Origin: a plasmid
DNA: 64,000 nt
Sequence record: NZ_CP035506.1
Reading direction: 5' to 3' (one strand)
Part shown: positions 1-10,062 of the stretch, piece by piece
Numbering within the stretch: position 1 is the first letter of the stretch
Layout: every line of letters starts with the position of its first letter
Program-made: the position numbers and the translations under genes
The notes under the pieces: generated by a model
Databases searched by the model: none
Seen by the model: only the letters and a program-made list of their open reading frames with translations
What the model was told of the DNA's origin: nothing

Positions 1-785
1 GTTTCGGCTTCCTGATCACGCCGACCACCCGGCTGACGCTGGACGGGTTGTATCGCGACTATTCCGCCGACGATACGGAGCAGACCGACCGGCAGACCCG
101 CTCGCTCTCCACGGGTGCCGTGCATGAGGTCAGTACCGGGCTCACGCTCAATGGCTCCATAGGCTATCAGGAGATCGAGAGCGAGAAGACCGATCTCTCC
201 GGCTACCGCGGAACAGAGCGGACGACCGGGGTCATCGGCACTCTCGGCGCCACGCAGGAGCTGACCAACGGCACGGTCGGAATCAGTTTCGACCAGAGCC
301 AGAATACCTCCGGCAGCCGTTCCACCCTCCAGGTGTCCCGCGCAATGGACCTGCCGAGCGGCAGCCTTGCGCTCAGCCTCGGCGCCTCGCGGGGCGACAG
401 CGGCAAGACGACCGCCATCGGGTCGATCACCTACAATCATGACCTGGAGAATGGGAGCCTTTCCGCACGGCTGTCGCAATCGGTCAGCACCAACAGCGAC
501 GACGAAGAGGTGGAGGCGCGCAATTTCCTGCTCCGGCTATCGCATGAGCTGACCCCGGTTTCGGGTGTTTCGCTGAGCGTAAGCTATGCCGATCTCAACA
601 ACCTCCAGGATTCCGGGGGCGACCGGACGCGCAGTCAGATCCGCGCGGCCTATTCCCATGACCTGACCCGGGACTGGGAGCTTTCGGGCGGTTACGAATA
701 TACCCAGCTGGAGCGCCCCGCAGGAACGGCCAAGGAAAACGCCGTCTTCCTGACCATACAGCGCCAGTTCCTTTTCAGGCCCTGA
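1..785 (+). CDS. Hypothetical protein, 3' part (5' end lies outside the window). Ser/Thr/Gly-rich and beta-strand-like; possibly an outer-membrane protein associated with the exosortase locus.
   Basis: The ORF frame is open from position 3 to the stop at 785 and lies immediately upstream of the exosortase gene. The composition (alternating hydrophilic/hydrophobic residues, many T/S/G) resembles beta-barrel proteins found in PEP-CTERM loci. No motif was verified. Confidence 0.3.
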   Translation, partial: FGFLITPTTRLTLDGLYRDYSADDTEQTDRQTRSLSTGAVHEVSTGLTLNGSIGYQEIESEKTDLSGYRGTERTTGVIGTLGATQELTNGTVGISFDQSQNTSGSRSTLQVSRAMDLPSGSLALSLGASRGDSGKTTAIGSITYNHDLENGSLSARLSQSVSTNSDDEEVEARNFLLRLSHELTPVSGVSLSVSYADLNNLQDSGGDRTRSQIRAAYSHDLTRDWELSGGYEYTQLERPAGTAKENAVFLTIQRQFLFRP

Positions 786-979
786 GCTCAGGACCTGAAA
801 AGATCCGTGGGGCCGGGTGCGCTCTCACAACCATGTGAATTTTCTGTACCATTCGCGGCCGGGTCATGGTTTTGCTTCGGTTTCCGCATGTGCAGCCTTA
901 TGTTATACAGGGACATACTTCCGGCGAATATGCCGGGCGCCCTGGGCTATCCCCGGCCACATTTGACTAGAGGATTTCC

Positions 980-2584
980 ATGACGGCCGCGAACGAGAAT
1001 TCCCGCTCCTCCCTGGCGGCTGCGCTTCCCTCGGTGAACGCCCCCGGTTTCATGTGGTTCATTCTGCTTCTGGCCGGGTCGATCCCGATCTTCTGGATCG
1101 GCTTCGTCTCGTTGGCGAAGGCCTGGTCCACGCCGGAATACAGCCATGGGCCGCTCATTCCGCTGATCTCGCTCTACCTCTTCCTGCGGGAGCTGCGGCA
1201 GATGCCTCCGCCCGCGGCCGAGGTGCGGGACCGCTGGCCGGGGCTCCTCGTCATTCTGCTGGGCCTCGTGGTTGCGCTGTTCGGCAACCTCACCCGCATT
1301 CCCGACATCGTCACCTATGCGATGATCATCTGGGTGGGCGGTGTGGTCCTCACCGTCTTCGGCTGGGAGCGGGGCAAGCATCATCAGCTTCCTGTCCTGC
1401 ACCTGATCTTCATGCTGCCGCTGCCGCAGTTCCTCTACTGGCACCTGACGATCTTCCTGCAGGGGATCTCGTCGGAGATCGGCGTGTGGTTCGTGCGCCT
1501 TGCCGGTGTGCCGGTCTATCTCGAAGGCAATGTGATCGACCTCGGGGTCTACAAGCTGCAGGTGGCGGAAGCCTGTTCGGGCCTGCGCTACCTGTTCCCG
1601 ATCCTGAGCTTCACCTATCTCTTCGCCATCCTCTATCGCGGCCCCTTCTGGCACAAGGCTGTGCTGATGCTGTCGGCCGTGCCGCTCACCGTGCTGATGA
1701 ACTCCTTCCGCATCGGGGTGATCGGGGTGCTGGTGAACTCCTATGGTATCGAGCATGCCGAAGGGTTCCTGCACTTCTTCGAAGGCTGGGTGATCTTCAT
1801 CGCCTGTATCGGCATCCTGTTCCTGATGGCGATGGGCCTGCAACGGCTGACGCGGAACCCGCTGCCGCTGGCGGAGGCGATCGACCTCGATACCCGCGGC
1901 ATGGCGCCGCTCATGGGGCGCATCCTGTCGATCCGCCCCTCGAAGGCGCTGGCGGCGGGGGCACTGCTGACGCTTGCCCTGTCGGCGGGCTGGGCGCTGC
2001 ATGGCGGGCCGCAGGCCCAGCAGATGGACCGGGAGCCTTTCGCGCTCTTCCCCCGGCAGTTCGGGGAATGGTCGGGCGCGGCCTCCGGTCTCGACCCGGA
2101 GATCGAGCGGGTGCTGGCCGCGACCGATTACATGAACGCCGCCTATACCGCACCGGGCGAGAAGGACTATGTGCATTTCTTCTCGGCCTATTACGAGAAG
2201 CAGACGGAAGGCGCCGGCATCCACTCGCCGGAAGTCTGTCTCCCGGTCGGGGGCTGGGAGATCTTCACCTTCCAGCCGCACGAGGTGAGCTTCCCGGGAA
2301 CGCCCTACGGTACCTTCACCGTGAACCGGGCGGTAATCCAGAAAGGGTTGTCCAAACAGCTCGTCTATTACTGGTTCGAGCAGCGCGGCAAGCGGATGAC
2401 CAACGATTATCTCGCCAAGGCCAGCGTCGTCTGGGACAGCCTGACCCGCGGCCGTACGGACGGGGCGCTGGTGCGCTATGTCACCCCGATCGGCACGAAC
2501 GAGAGCGAGGCCGACGCCGATGCCCGCATTCAGCGGCTGATGGCGAAAAGCCTGAACGTCCTGCCCCGCTACATTCCGTTCTGA
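980..2584 (+). CDS. Exosortase (EpsH/Xrt family, 8-TM core) with a fused C-terminal EpsI-like domain
   Basis: 534 aa. The N-terminal half is polytopic membrane protein with exosortase-like segments ([33 protein letters not shown]). A C-terminal soluble domain of about 200 aa is typical of EpsI fusions. A GAGGA RBS lies 6 nt upstream of the ATG. Confidence 0.8.
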   Translation: MTAANENSRSSLAAALPSVNAPGFMWFILLLAGSIPIFWIGFVSLAKAWSTPEYSHGPLIPLISLYLFLRELRQMPPPAAEVRDRWPGLLVILLGLVVALFGNLTRIPDIVTYAMIIWVGGVVLTVFGWERGKHHQLPVLHLIFMLPLPQFLYWHLTIFLQGISSEIGVWFVRLAGVPVYLEGNVIDLGVYKLQVAEACSGLRYLFPILSFTYLFAILYRGPFWHKAVLMLSAVPLTVLMNSFRIGVIGVLVNSYGIEHAEGFLHFFEGWVIFIACIGILFLMAMGLQRLTRNPLPLAEAIDLDTRGMAPLMGRILSIRPSKALAAGALLTLALSAGWALHGGPQAQQMDREPFALFPRQFGEWSGAASGLDPEIERVLAATDYMNAAYTAPGEKDYVHFFSAYYEKQTEGAGIHSPEVCLPVGGWEIFTFQPHEVSFPGTPYGTFTVNRAVIQKGLSKQLVYYWFEQRGKRMTNDYLAKASVVWDSLTRGRTDGALVRYVTPIGTNESEADADARIQRLMAKSLNVLPRYIPF

Positions 2585-2605
2585 CTTGCTGAAGGCAAAC
2601 TGAAC

Positions 2606-2630
2606 AACCCGGCTCCGGCCGGGTTTTCTG
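2606..2630 (+). terminator. Rho-independent terminator after the exosortase gene
   Basis: GC hairpin cccggctccggccggg followed by TTTTCTG. Confidence 0.5.
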
Positions 2631-2895
2631 CGTTGCAGCATGTCGGGCGCAGCGAATCCCCCTTGTTCGGACACAACTTTCCAAAACGAAAGTATTCAAC
2701 AGTTCACCTGCAAGCAGGTGGATGAAAGAGAATTTTCAATCCTAAGACGAAGATGATTGCCTCTCCCATTTCGCGCCTCACGATAAAAGTTATTAAAAAT
2801 AACACCTTTACGGCGAGCGCATCGGGCTATTCCAGCGAACAAGTTCAAGAAATTCCGATCTTTTGTGCCATATCGGGGACAAAGGCGCTCTCTTA

Positions 2896-3180
2896 GGGTC
2901 AGGACTCTTTCTCGGGTCATAGCCAGAACATGACGGTTGCTGCGAGAGCGATGGCGGAAAGGAAGACCTTGGGGCACCTGTCGTAGCGGGTTGCGACGCG
3001 GCGCCAGTCCTTCAATCGCCCGAACATGATCTCAATCCTGTTGCGGCGTCTGTAGCGGCGCTTGTCATACTTGATGGGTATGCCGCGCGATTTCCGGCCG
3101 GGGATGCAGGGTTTTATCCCCTTGTCCTTCAACGCTTCTCTGAACCAGTCGGCATCATAGCCGCGGTCCGCCAGCAGCCA
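2896..3180 (-). mobile_element. IS5-family (IS427-group) element, distal part of a copy split by a Tn3-family insertion
   Basis: Identical to the 3' end of the intact copy at 32040..32890, with terminal GGGTCAGGAC IR and a flanking TA. The OrfB C-terminal fragment is at 2917..3180. Confidence 0.8.
2917..3180 (-). pseudogene. IS5-family transposase OrfB, C-terminal fragment ([18 protein letters not shown]...), separated from its N-terminal part by the Tn3-family insertion
   Basis: The 71-aa ORF is identical to the C-terminus of OrfB at 32238..32870. Confidence 0.8.
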
Positions 3181-3218
3181 GGGGGCTGATGCCGGAGGGG
3201 GCAGGATCCTACGTTAAG
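3181..3218. repeat. Tn3-family terminal inverted repeat (left)
   Basis: GGGGGCTGATGCCGGAGGGGGCAGGATCCTACGTTAAG, inverted match at 6847..6884. Confidence 0.8.
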
Positions 3219-6099
3219 CCCTTTTCGGCCACTTGTATTCGCCAGTGAGCAGGACATGGGCCCAACCGAGGGGCGAGATGTGCGCCAGAAGGTTCGGCGA
3301 ACAGTCCAGGCCTTCGCGGCGGCGGCTGGCGACGGCCTGGCCGAGATGCTTGGTGTTCCAGTAGATGACGATCGCGGCAAGAAGGTTCAGCCCGGCCATG
3401 CGGAAGTGCTGGGCTTCGGAGGTGCGGTCCCTGATCTCGCCCTGGCGGCCGATGCGGAGAGCGTTCTTCAGCGCGTGGTGGGCTTCGCCCTTGTTCAGGC
3501 CGATCTGGGCGCGGCGCTGCATGCCGGCATCAAGCAGCCAGTCGATGATGAAGAGCGTCCGTTCGACCCGTCCGATTTCCCGCAAGGCGACCGCCAGTTC
3601 ATGTTGCCTCGGGTAGGACGCGAACTTCCGCAGGAGTTGGCTCGGCGGGATGGCTCCTGACGCCATGGTCGCCACGCTGCGCAGGATATCGGGCCAGTTC
3701 GCGGCGATGAGGGACTGCCTGATCTTGCCGCCGATCAGCCCTTTCAGCTCTTTCGGGCAGGCGGCCGGATCGAAGAGGTAGAGGCGCTTGGATGGCAGGT
3801 CGCGGATGCGGGGGATGAACTGGAAGCCCAGCAGGGCGGTGACGGCGAAGACGTGGTCGGTGAAGCCGCCAGTATCGGCATATTGCTCCCGGATCTTCTG
3901 CCCGGCGCTGGTCATCAGCAGGCCATCGAGGATGTAGGGCGCTTCGTTCACGGTAGCCGGGATGGTCTGTGTGGCGAAGGGACCGAACTGGTCGGAGACA
4001 TGGGTGTAGGCTTTCAGCCCGGGCTCATGGCCGTACTTGGCGTTGATCAGATTCATCGCCTCGCCCTGGCGTGTCGTCGGGAAGAACTGCCCGTCGCTCG
4101 ATGCGGTCTGTCCGGCGCCCCAGAACTGCGCCATCGGCAGTGCCGACTGCCCGTCGATCACCATGGCCAGGGCGCGGGCCATCGCCTCGCTTTCGACATG
4201 CCAGCGCGACAGGCGGGAAAGCTGGAAGAAGTCGTGCGTGTTCGTGGCCCCGGCCATCTTGCTGAGGCCGAGATTCAGCCCCTCGGCAAGCAACACGTTC
4301 AGCAGGCCGATCCGGTCCCTGCACGGCGCGCCGGTGCGCAGATGCGTAAAGGCCTCGGTGAAGCCAACCTCCGCATCCACTTCGAGCAGGAGATCGGTGA
4401 CCCTGACTTCCGGCAGGCGGCCATAGAGGTCGAGCACCAAGGCGTCGGCTTCCTCGGGAACCGCCGCAGCCAGCCGGTCGATTTTCAAGGTGCCGTCCTC
4501 GATGGAGCCTCCCGGCATGGTCCCGGCCCTAGCCGCACGCGCCAGGCGATGCAGGGCGTCAGCCATTCGGGCTTTGCGGTCGGCCAGCCAGGTTTCCGGC
4601 TCGAACGGCATGGCCAGCCTCGGCGTGGCGCGGGCGACGTCGACCGGGACCAGCGCTTCCTTCAGGTCGCCATACCTGCGCGAATGCGCCAGCCAGATAT
4701 CACCGGAACGGAAGGCTTCGCGCAGATGGAACAGGACCGCGACCTCCCATATCCGGTGCTCATCTTCGCCATCCAGGTGGCGGTGCCACTTCGAGGCGCG
4801 GCGCAGAAAGGTCAGCGGCCGGACGTCTGGTGTCGCCGTGCCCGCGATGACCGCGCTTGCCGCCAGCAGCGGCTCCGCCACGGGCGCGGCACAGATGTCG
4901 AGTACCCGCAGCATGCGCGGCGCATAACGCCGGAAGCGATGATATCCGTGACCGACATGCGCCAGCGGATCAGCGGCAAACGTGTCGGTCAGTTGAGCGG
5001 CCGTGGCGACAAGCCCCTTGAGGGATATCCAGCCGCCGGCATTGCCGACGGCCTCTTCGAGAGAGGCCCGATCCTCATGCGCTTCCAGGAGCGCCGCTCC
5101 CAATGTCCTGAAGGATTGCAGGGTGTCCTTCAGCGCCGATCTGGCATCGTCCATCCGGGCGTCACATCGTGACTTCGCCTCGCGCCAGGTCTTGCCCACG
5201 ATGCGGTCATGGGTCTCGACGACAGCGTCAGCAATGGCGCAGCGCCATTCCAGCGCGCAGACCGCAAGGATGGCGAGGCGGCGGTCACCCGAGATATCCC
5301 TCAGATCGCCTGCGAAGTATCGCTCTCCCTGCCGACGAAGGCGGGCAACGCGGTGTGGCGGCACATCCGCCAGAATGCCCCGGTCCAGCGCCAGCGCGCG
5401 CAGGTATTCCAGCCGGTCCAGAAGGCGGTTCATGTCGGCCGAATTCTGCCCGGTTTCGAACTGGCGCAGCCAGACGAACCGCGTGACCGAGCCGCCCGCA
5501 TCTTCGGTCAGGAGGGCATCGAGACGTGCTCGCATGGCATCGTCCAGCCGGCCACCGATCCGGGCGTCGATCCGGCGCTCGGCCGCGACAAGCGCCTCCG
5601 CGCAAAGCCGCTCGATGACCGTGATCCCCGGGAAGATGGTCTGGGTTGCCCGGCACTGCTCGACGAAGCGCCGTGCCAGATCCTCGTTCGACCGGGCGGC
5701 TTCGGCGGCATCCTCAAGCCATATTTTCAGGTCACGTGCCCCACGGCCCGCGAACATCTTGTAGCCATAGATCTCGCGCAAGGCGGCCAGGTGCTCATGC
5801 CGGGTCTCTTCCCGGGTCGCATACCCGGCCAGATCGTCAGGCCTCATCCCGAGCTGCGCTGCCAGAAAGCGCGTGACCGCCAGCGGAATGACCTCGCCCG
5901 GCGCCAGCAGCCGCCCCGGATACCGAAGCGCGCAGAGCTGCAGGGCGAAACCGAAGCGGTTGTGCGGACGACGACGGGCGCGGACGATCTCCAGATCGTC
6001 GTCTGCCAGCGTGTAGTGGCGCAGCATCGACGCGTCATCGGTCGGCAGGTCGAACAATGCCGCCCTTTGCCGGGCGGTCAGGATGCTGCGTCTTGGCAT
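3214..6099 (-). CDS. tnpA: Tn3-family transposase TnpA
   Basis: 961 aa. Tn3-family transposase length and composition. The stop lies within the terminal IR, as in Tn3-family elements. Confidence 0.85.
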   Translation of the reverse strand: MPRRSILTARQRAALFDLPTDDASMLRHYTLADDDLEIVRARRRPHNRFGFALQLCALRYPGRLLAPGEVIPLAVTRFLAAQLGMRPDDLAGYATREETRHEHLAALREIYGYKMFAGRGARDLKIWLEDAAEAARSNEDLARRFVEQCRATQTIFPGITVIERLCAEALVAAERRIDARIGGRLDDAMRARLDALLTEDAGGSVTRFVWLRQFETGQNSADMNRLLDRLEYLRALALDRGILADVPPHRVARLRRQGERYFAGDLRDISGDRRLAILAVCALEWRCAIADAVVETHDRIVGKTWREAKSRCDARMDDARSALKDTLQSFRTLGAALLEAHEDRASLEEAVGNAGGWISLKGLVATAAQLTDTFAADPLAHVGHGYHRFRRYAPRMLRVLDICAAPVAEPLLAASAVIAGTATPDVRPLTFLRRASKWHRHLDGEDEHRIWEVAVLFHLREAFRSGDIWLAHSRRYGDLKEALVPVDVARATPRLAMPFEPETWLADRKARMADALHRLARAARAGTMPGGSIEDGTLKIDRLAAAVPEEADALVLDLYGRLPEVRVTDLLLEVDAEVGFTEAFTHLRTGAPCRDRIGLLNVLLAEGLNLGLSKMAGATNTHDFFQLSRLSRWHVESEAMARALAMVIDGQSALPMAQFWGAGQTASSDGQFFPTTRQGEAMNLINAKYGHEPGLKAYTHVSDQFGPFATQTIPATVNEAPYILDGLLMTSAGQKIREQYADTGGFTDHVFAVTALLGFQFIPRIRDLPSKRLYLFDPAACPKELKGLIGGKIRQSLIAANWPDILRSVATMASGAIPPSQLLRKFASYPRQHELAVALREIGRVERTLFIIDWLLDAGMQRRAQIGLNKGEAHHALKNALRIGRQGEIRDRTSEAQHFRMAGLNLLAAIVIYWNTKHLGQAVASRRREGLDCSPNLLAHISPLGWAHVLLTGEYKWPKRA

Positions 6100-6264
6100 G
6101 GCGATCTTTCAGGAAATCGTGATGGACGACCGTCCGTAAGGGGATCGGTGAGCGGACATGTGTCGAGAGGGTTGGGAGCGGTAAGGAAACCGCACTCCAT
6201 CCTATCTCGTATAGATGGTACGATTTGATTCGCACATGCCGCCCCTTATCCGTACACTCGCTAC
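6100..6264. promoter_or_regulatory. Probable res site and divergent promoter region between tnpA and tnpR
   Basis: Intergenic position between the divergently transcribed transposase and serine recombinase, as in Tn3-family elements. Individual subsites were not resolved. Confidence 0.4.
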
Positions 6265-6852
6265 ATGACCGTGACCAAAATTGGCTATGCCCGCTGCTCC
6301 ACCGACCGTCAGGACCTGACAGCGCAACGTGCTGCCCTTGCAGAGCTTGGGGTCACCGTAGACCGCATCTACACGGACCATGGCCTGACCGGCACGAACC
6401 GCGCCCGCCCCGGTCTCGACCAAGCGCTTGCTGCTGTGCGAGAAGGCGACGTGCTGGTCGTGCCGAAACTCGATCGCCTTGCGCGCTCGGTCCCGGACGC
6501 ACGGGCCATCGCGGATCAGTTGGAAAAGAAGGGCGTCAAGCTTGCCCTCGGCGCATCGGTCTACGATCCGACCGACCCGATGGGAAAGATGTTCTTCAAC
6601 ATCCTCGCCACCTTCGCCGAGTTCGAGGCCGACCTCATCCGCATGCGTACCCGCGAAGGTATGGCCATCGCCCGAGCCAGGGGCAAGCTTCGGGGAAAGC
6701 AGCCGAAACTCTCGGAAAAACAACAAAAAGAACTGAGCCGGATGCACGCCTCCGGCGAATATTCCATCAGCGATCTCGCTGAGCTCTTTGCCGTCTCAAG
6801 ACCGACCGTCTACAGGACGCTGCAGCGAAATCCGGCCAAAACTCAGCCTTAG
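6265..6852 (+). CDS. tnpR: Serine recombinase / resolvase TnpR
   Basis: 195 aa. N-terminal catalytic motif YARCSTDRQDL with Ser. C-terminal HTH (SISDLAELFAVSRPTVYR). Confidence 0.85.
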   Translation: MTVTKIGYARCSTDRQDLTAQRAALAELGVTVDRIYTDHGLTGTNRARPGLDQALAAVREGDVLVVPKLDRLARSVPDARAIADQLEKKGVKLALGASVYDPTDPMGKMFFNILATFAEFEADLIRMRTREGMAIARARGKLRGKQPKLSEKQQKELSRMHASGEYSISDLAELFAVSRPTVYRTLQRNPAKTQP

Positions 6853-6884
6853 CGTAGGATTCTGCCCCCTCCGGCATCAGACCC
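6847..6884. repeat. Tn3-family terminal inverted repeat (right)
   Basis: Reverse complement GGGGTCTGATGCCGGAGGGGGCAGAATCCTACGCTAAG. Confidence 0.8.
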
Positions 6885-7259
6885 CAGCCAGTCCGCCTTT
6901 GGCAAGCTGCCCAGAAGTGCTGCGGCACCCGTGTAGTCACTGACCTGACCTGCGGTCACGAAGAAGCGGATTGGCCGGCCATCAGCATCGGTGACGGCGT
7001 GCAACTTGGTGTTCATGCCGCCCTTGGTTCGGCCGATCAATCGGCCCCTCTGATCGTTGGCTCCCCCTTTTTCGCTCGCAGGCTGGTCGCCGTGCGATGC
7101 GCCTTGAGATAGGTCGCGTCGATCATCACCGTCTCCGGAACTGCCGACTCTGCCGCCAGGCCGAGCATCATCCGGGCGAAGACACCCCTGTCGCTCCACC
7201 GCTTCCAACGGTTGTAGAGCGTCTTCGACGGGCCATACTCCTTGGGAGCGTCGCGCCAT
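6885..7259 (-). pseudogene. IS5-family transposase OrfB, N-terminal part truncated by the Tn3-family insertion (ends ...SLPKADWL then out-of-IS sequence)
   Basis: The ORF 6849..7259 matches the OrfB N-terminus and then diverges at the Tn3 IR. Confidence 0.75.
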
Positions 7260-7396
7260 CGCAAACCATTGCGATTAATGAAGATAATGCCGCTGAGAAC
7301 GCGCCGGTCATCAACACGCGGCTTGCCATGGCTCTTGGGAAAGAAGGGCTCCAGGCGCGACATCTGCGCCTCCGTCAGCCAAAAGAGGTTGCTCAT
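7037..7396 (-). CDS. IS5-family transposase OrfA
   Basis: The 119-aa ORF is identical to OrfA in the second copy (32101..32460). Confidence 0.8.
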   Translation of the reverse strand: MSNLFWLTEAQMSRLEPFFPKSHGKPRVDDRRVLSGIIFINRNGLRWRDAPKEYGPSKTLYNRWKRWSDRGVFARMMLGLAAESAVPETVMIDATYLKAHRTATSLRAKKGEPTIRGAD

Positions 7397-7606
7397 TCAT
7401 CGGTCTCCTTGCGGAGCCTGAATCATGCTGAAAGCGCAAGATCAATGGGTCCTGACCCTAAGCGCAAGCAGCTGAGTTTTATTAATAAACTAGGAAATAT
7501 TAAAAAAACCACTGTCACGCCGCATCGCAACATGTTAATAATTGACATAAGCGTGATGAACTCGGCTCCGGCCCCTGAGCCGATTGGCAGAATTATGGAG
7601 AGAAAC

Positions 7607-8158
7607 ATGTTGAAGAAGGTTGTTACGGCTGCCCTCATCGCCGCGGCCTCCGCTGCCTCGGCAAATGCTGCTGTCATTTATGCAAGCAGCGTGGTTTCGG
7701 CTAAACAGAAGGGCTATGTTGCGCCGGTGCGCAGCAACCCGATCGCAGCAACGGGTGCCGAGGATGGGAGCTTCTACTCCCTCGGCTTCGGTGGCAGCAT
7801 CGTGCTCGGCTTCTCGAGCCTGGTGAGCGGCGCTGGGAAGGTGTTCGAAGTCACCAACCTCCCGCGGGAAACCTATATCGAGAGCGCGATCTTCTCGGTC
7901 AGCCTCGACGGAAAATCCTGGACCACTCTGGGAGAATACTCCAACCAGGTCAGCTCGCTCTATTCGGCGACGCCGTTCCTCTTCCTCAAGGTGGAGGATA
8001 CCAGCCCGGTGATCGCCGGCCATGGCCGTGACGGCTATGACATCGACGCCATCGGCTTCGAAGAATATGTCGCCGCGGTTCCGCTTCCGGCGGCGGGCCT
8101 GCTGCTGATCGGTGGTCTGGCCGGCCTGGGTGCCATGAAGCGCCGCAAAGCGGCCTGA
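7607..8158 (+). CDS. VPLPA-CTERM (PEP-CTERM variant) sorting-domain protein, secreted; putative exosortase substrate
   Basis: 183 aa with a signal peptide (MLKKVVTAALIAAASAASANA). The C-terminus is VPLPAAGLLLIGGLAGLGAMKRRKAA (motif + TM + basic tail). An AT-rich promoter region lies upstream. Confidence 0.8.
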   Translation: MLKKVVTAALIAAASAASANAAVIYASSVVSAKQKGYVAPVRSNPIAATGAEDGSFYSLGFGGSIVLGFSSLVSGAGKVFEVTNLPRETYIESAIFSVSLDGKSWTTLGEYSNQVSSLYSATPFLFLKVEDTSPVIAGHGRDGYDIDAIGFEEYVAAVPLPAAGLLLIGGLAGLGAMKRRKAA

Positions 8159-8180
8159 GCCTCAAGAAACGATTTTCGGA

Positions 8181-8210
8181 ACGCCGGTGCGATTGCGCCG
8201 GCGTTTTGCT
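8181..8210 (+). terminator. Rho-independent terminator after the VPLPA-CTERM gene
   Basis: Hairpin acgccggtgc-gatt-gcgccggcgt followed by TTTT. Confidence 0.5.
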
Positions 8211-8271
8211 TTCCGGGTTGCTTCCAAGGTTTCCCTTGCATCCTGGGCGTTGCTGGATCACCTCTCAGGCA

Positions 8272-8960
8272 TCATGCGGCCCGACAAACCCCTTCCCGCC
8301 CGTCAGCGTCCCCGCTTCCCGCGGCGGGAGGGCATTCTGACAGACCGAATGCGCGCCATGCCGGTGGTGCTCGTGCTGTTCGTGGCCTGCCTGATCCCGG
8401 AACTCATTCTTTCCGGAGCTGATTACGGGCTTTGGGGCGATCCCGGCTGGCGGCTCTGGGCCTGGCAGCATGGCGGCTTCTGGACGGGGCTTCTGGGCAA
8501 CTGGCGGCCCAACTATGCCGCGCAACCCTGGCTCATGTTCCTGACCTACGGCTTCCTGCACGGGGGGGTGATCCATTTCGGGGTGAACATGCTCACCCTG
8601 TTCTCTCTTGCGCCACCGCTGGTGGAGCGGATGGGACAGGGACGGTTCCTGCTGCTCTACATGGCATCCATGATCGGTGGCGGTCTGGGCTTTGCGCTGC
8701 TGTCCCAGTCTCCGCAGCCGATGGTGGGGGCGTCGGGGGCGCTGTTCGGGCTGGCGGGCGCGGTCATGGCGCTGAGCTGGCAATATCTGCGGGCACGGGG
8801 GGAGAGCCTCAGGCCGGTGATCCGGTCCCTTCTGTGGCTTGCCGGGCTGAACCTGGTCCTCTGGTGGGCGATGAGCGGGATGTTGGCCTGGGAAACCCAT
8901 CTGGGTGGTTTCGTCGTCGGCTGGCTCATGGGCCTGTGGCTGGTGAGGGATGGGCGATAG
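8272..8960 (+). CDS. Rhomboid-family intramembrane serine protease
   Basis: Polytopic membrane protein with the GxSG catalytic motif (GASGALFGLAG) and a downstream His in a TM segment (THLGGFVVGW). The start codon is uncertain; ATG candidates are at 8187, 8272 and 8346. Confidence 0.65.
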
Positions 8961-9030
8961 CTGCATTGCAGCGACTTGTCATGCTCCGGCTCTGCTGGCA
9001 GGCTGCCATGACGACTTCGGAGAGATATCT

Positions 9031-10062
9031 TTGACGAAACATGTATTGGTCACTGGCGGAGCAGGGTATATCGGCTCCCATGCCTGCAAGGCATTACAGC
9101 GCGCCGGCTATGTGCCCGTCACCTACGATAGCCTGATTACCGGCTGGCAGCAGGCGGTGCGCTTTGGCCCGTTCGAGCAGGGCGACCTCGCCGACAGGGC
9201 GCGGCTGGATGAGGTCTTTGCCAGGTGGAGGCCGGTCGCGGTGATGCATTTCGCTGCCCTCTCCCAGGTGGGAGAGGCGATGCGGGAGCCGGGGAAATAC
9301 TGGCGCGGCAATGTCGCTGCCTCCCTCACCCTGCTGGAGGCGGCAGTGGCGGCGGGCTGCCTCGACGTGGTGTTCTCCTCCACCTGCGCGACCTATGGCG
9401 ATCAGGACGGCGTGGTACTGACGGAGGAGACCCCGCAGGCGCCGATCAACGCCTATGGCGCCTCCAAGCGCGCGATCGAGGACATGTTGCGCGACTTCGG
9501 CGCGGCCTACGGACTGCGCTCAGTGATCTTCCGCTACTTCAACGTGGCGGGAGCCGATCCGGAGGCGGAGGTGGGCGAGTTCCACGACCCCGAGACGCAT
9601 CTGATCCCGCTGATCCTTGAGGCGATCTCCGGCAGGCGCCCGGCGCTCACCGTCTTCGGCACCGATTACCCGACGCGGGACGGCACCTGCATCCGCGACT
9701 ATGTGCATGTCTCGGACCTGGTGGATGCCCATGTGCTCGGCGTGAAGGCGCTGGAAGCGGGACGGGTGGCGGATGGCGGGGTGGAGGTCTTCTGCCTCGG
9801 CTCCGGCAGCGGTTTCTCCGTCCGCGAGGTGATAGAGGAGGCCCGCCGCATCACCAATCGCGAGGTGCCGGTGGTCTTGGGGGAGCGGCGCGCGGGCGAT
9901 GCCGTGGCGCTGGTCTGCGGCAGCGAGAAGGCGGGGCGCGAACTGGGCTGGACCCCGGCCCGCTCCGACCTCGGCACCATGATCGAGGATGCCTGGCGGT
10001 CCTATCGCACCGTGGGCTGGGACAGGACGGTGGCGGGTGGCCCGGCGCTGGAGAATGCCTGA
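9031..10062 (+). CDS. galE: UDP-glucose 4-epimerase
   Basis: Rossmann motif VLVTGGAGYIGSH, SxnYxxxK signature (YGASK), and GalE-like motifs (DGTCIRDYVHV). The start codon is uncertain: TTG at 9031, or ATG at 8950 giving an N-terminal extension. Confidence 0.8.
   Translation: MTKHVLVTGGAGYIGSHACKALQRAGYVPVTYDSLITGWQQAVRFGPFEQGDLADRARLDEVFARWRPVAVMHFAALSQVGEAMREPGKYWRGNVAASLTLLEAAVAAGCLDVVFSSTCATYGDQDGVVLTEETPQAPINAYGASKRAIEDMLRDFGAAYGLRSVIFRYFNVAGADPEAEVGEFHDPETHLIPLILEAISGRRPALTVFGTDYPTRDGTCIRDYVHVSDLVDAHVLGVKALEAGRVADGGVEVFCLGSGSGFSVREVIEEARRITNREVPVVLGERRAGDAVALVCGSEKAGRELGWTPARSDLGTMIEDAWRSYRTVGWDRTVAGGPALENA

Larger units (their letters stand above)
3181..6884. mobile_element. Minimal Tn3-family transposon (tnpA + tnpR + res) nested inside an IS5-family element
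   Basis: 38-bp terminal inverted repeats GGGG(G/T)CTGATGCCGGAGGGGGCAG(G/A)ATCCTACG(T/C)TAAG at 3181..3218 and 6847..6884 (3 mismatches). 5-bp direct duplication AGCCA at 3176..3180 and 6885..6889. The flanks reconstitute a continuous IS5 orfB sequence. Confidence 0.85.
6885..7458 (-). mobile_element. IS5-family (IS427-group) element, proximal part of the copy split by the Tn3-family insertion (orfA intact, orfB N-terminal part)
   Basis: Identical to 32040..~32610 of the intact copy. The terminal GGGTCAGGAC IR ends at 7458 with a flanking TA. Confidence 0.8.

Noticed and set aside
947-2674. 575-aa minus-strand ORF and 512-aa plus-strand ORF (1054..2592) overlapping the exosortase gene
   Set aside because: Arg/Pro/Gly/Ala-rich low-complexity translations typical of stop-poor alternative frames in high-GC DNA. 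The exosortase frame has a coherent TM architecture and an RBS.
7097-8158. 353-aa plus-strand ORF and the 381-aa minus-strand ORF at 31255..32400 sharing an identical 120-aa N-terminus
   Set aside because: Not a duplicated gene fusion. Both read antisense through the two identical IS5 orfA copies and then run into the real downstream genes (the VPLPA-CTERM protein and aqpZ respectively). The real genes start at internal ATGs with RBSs.
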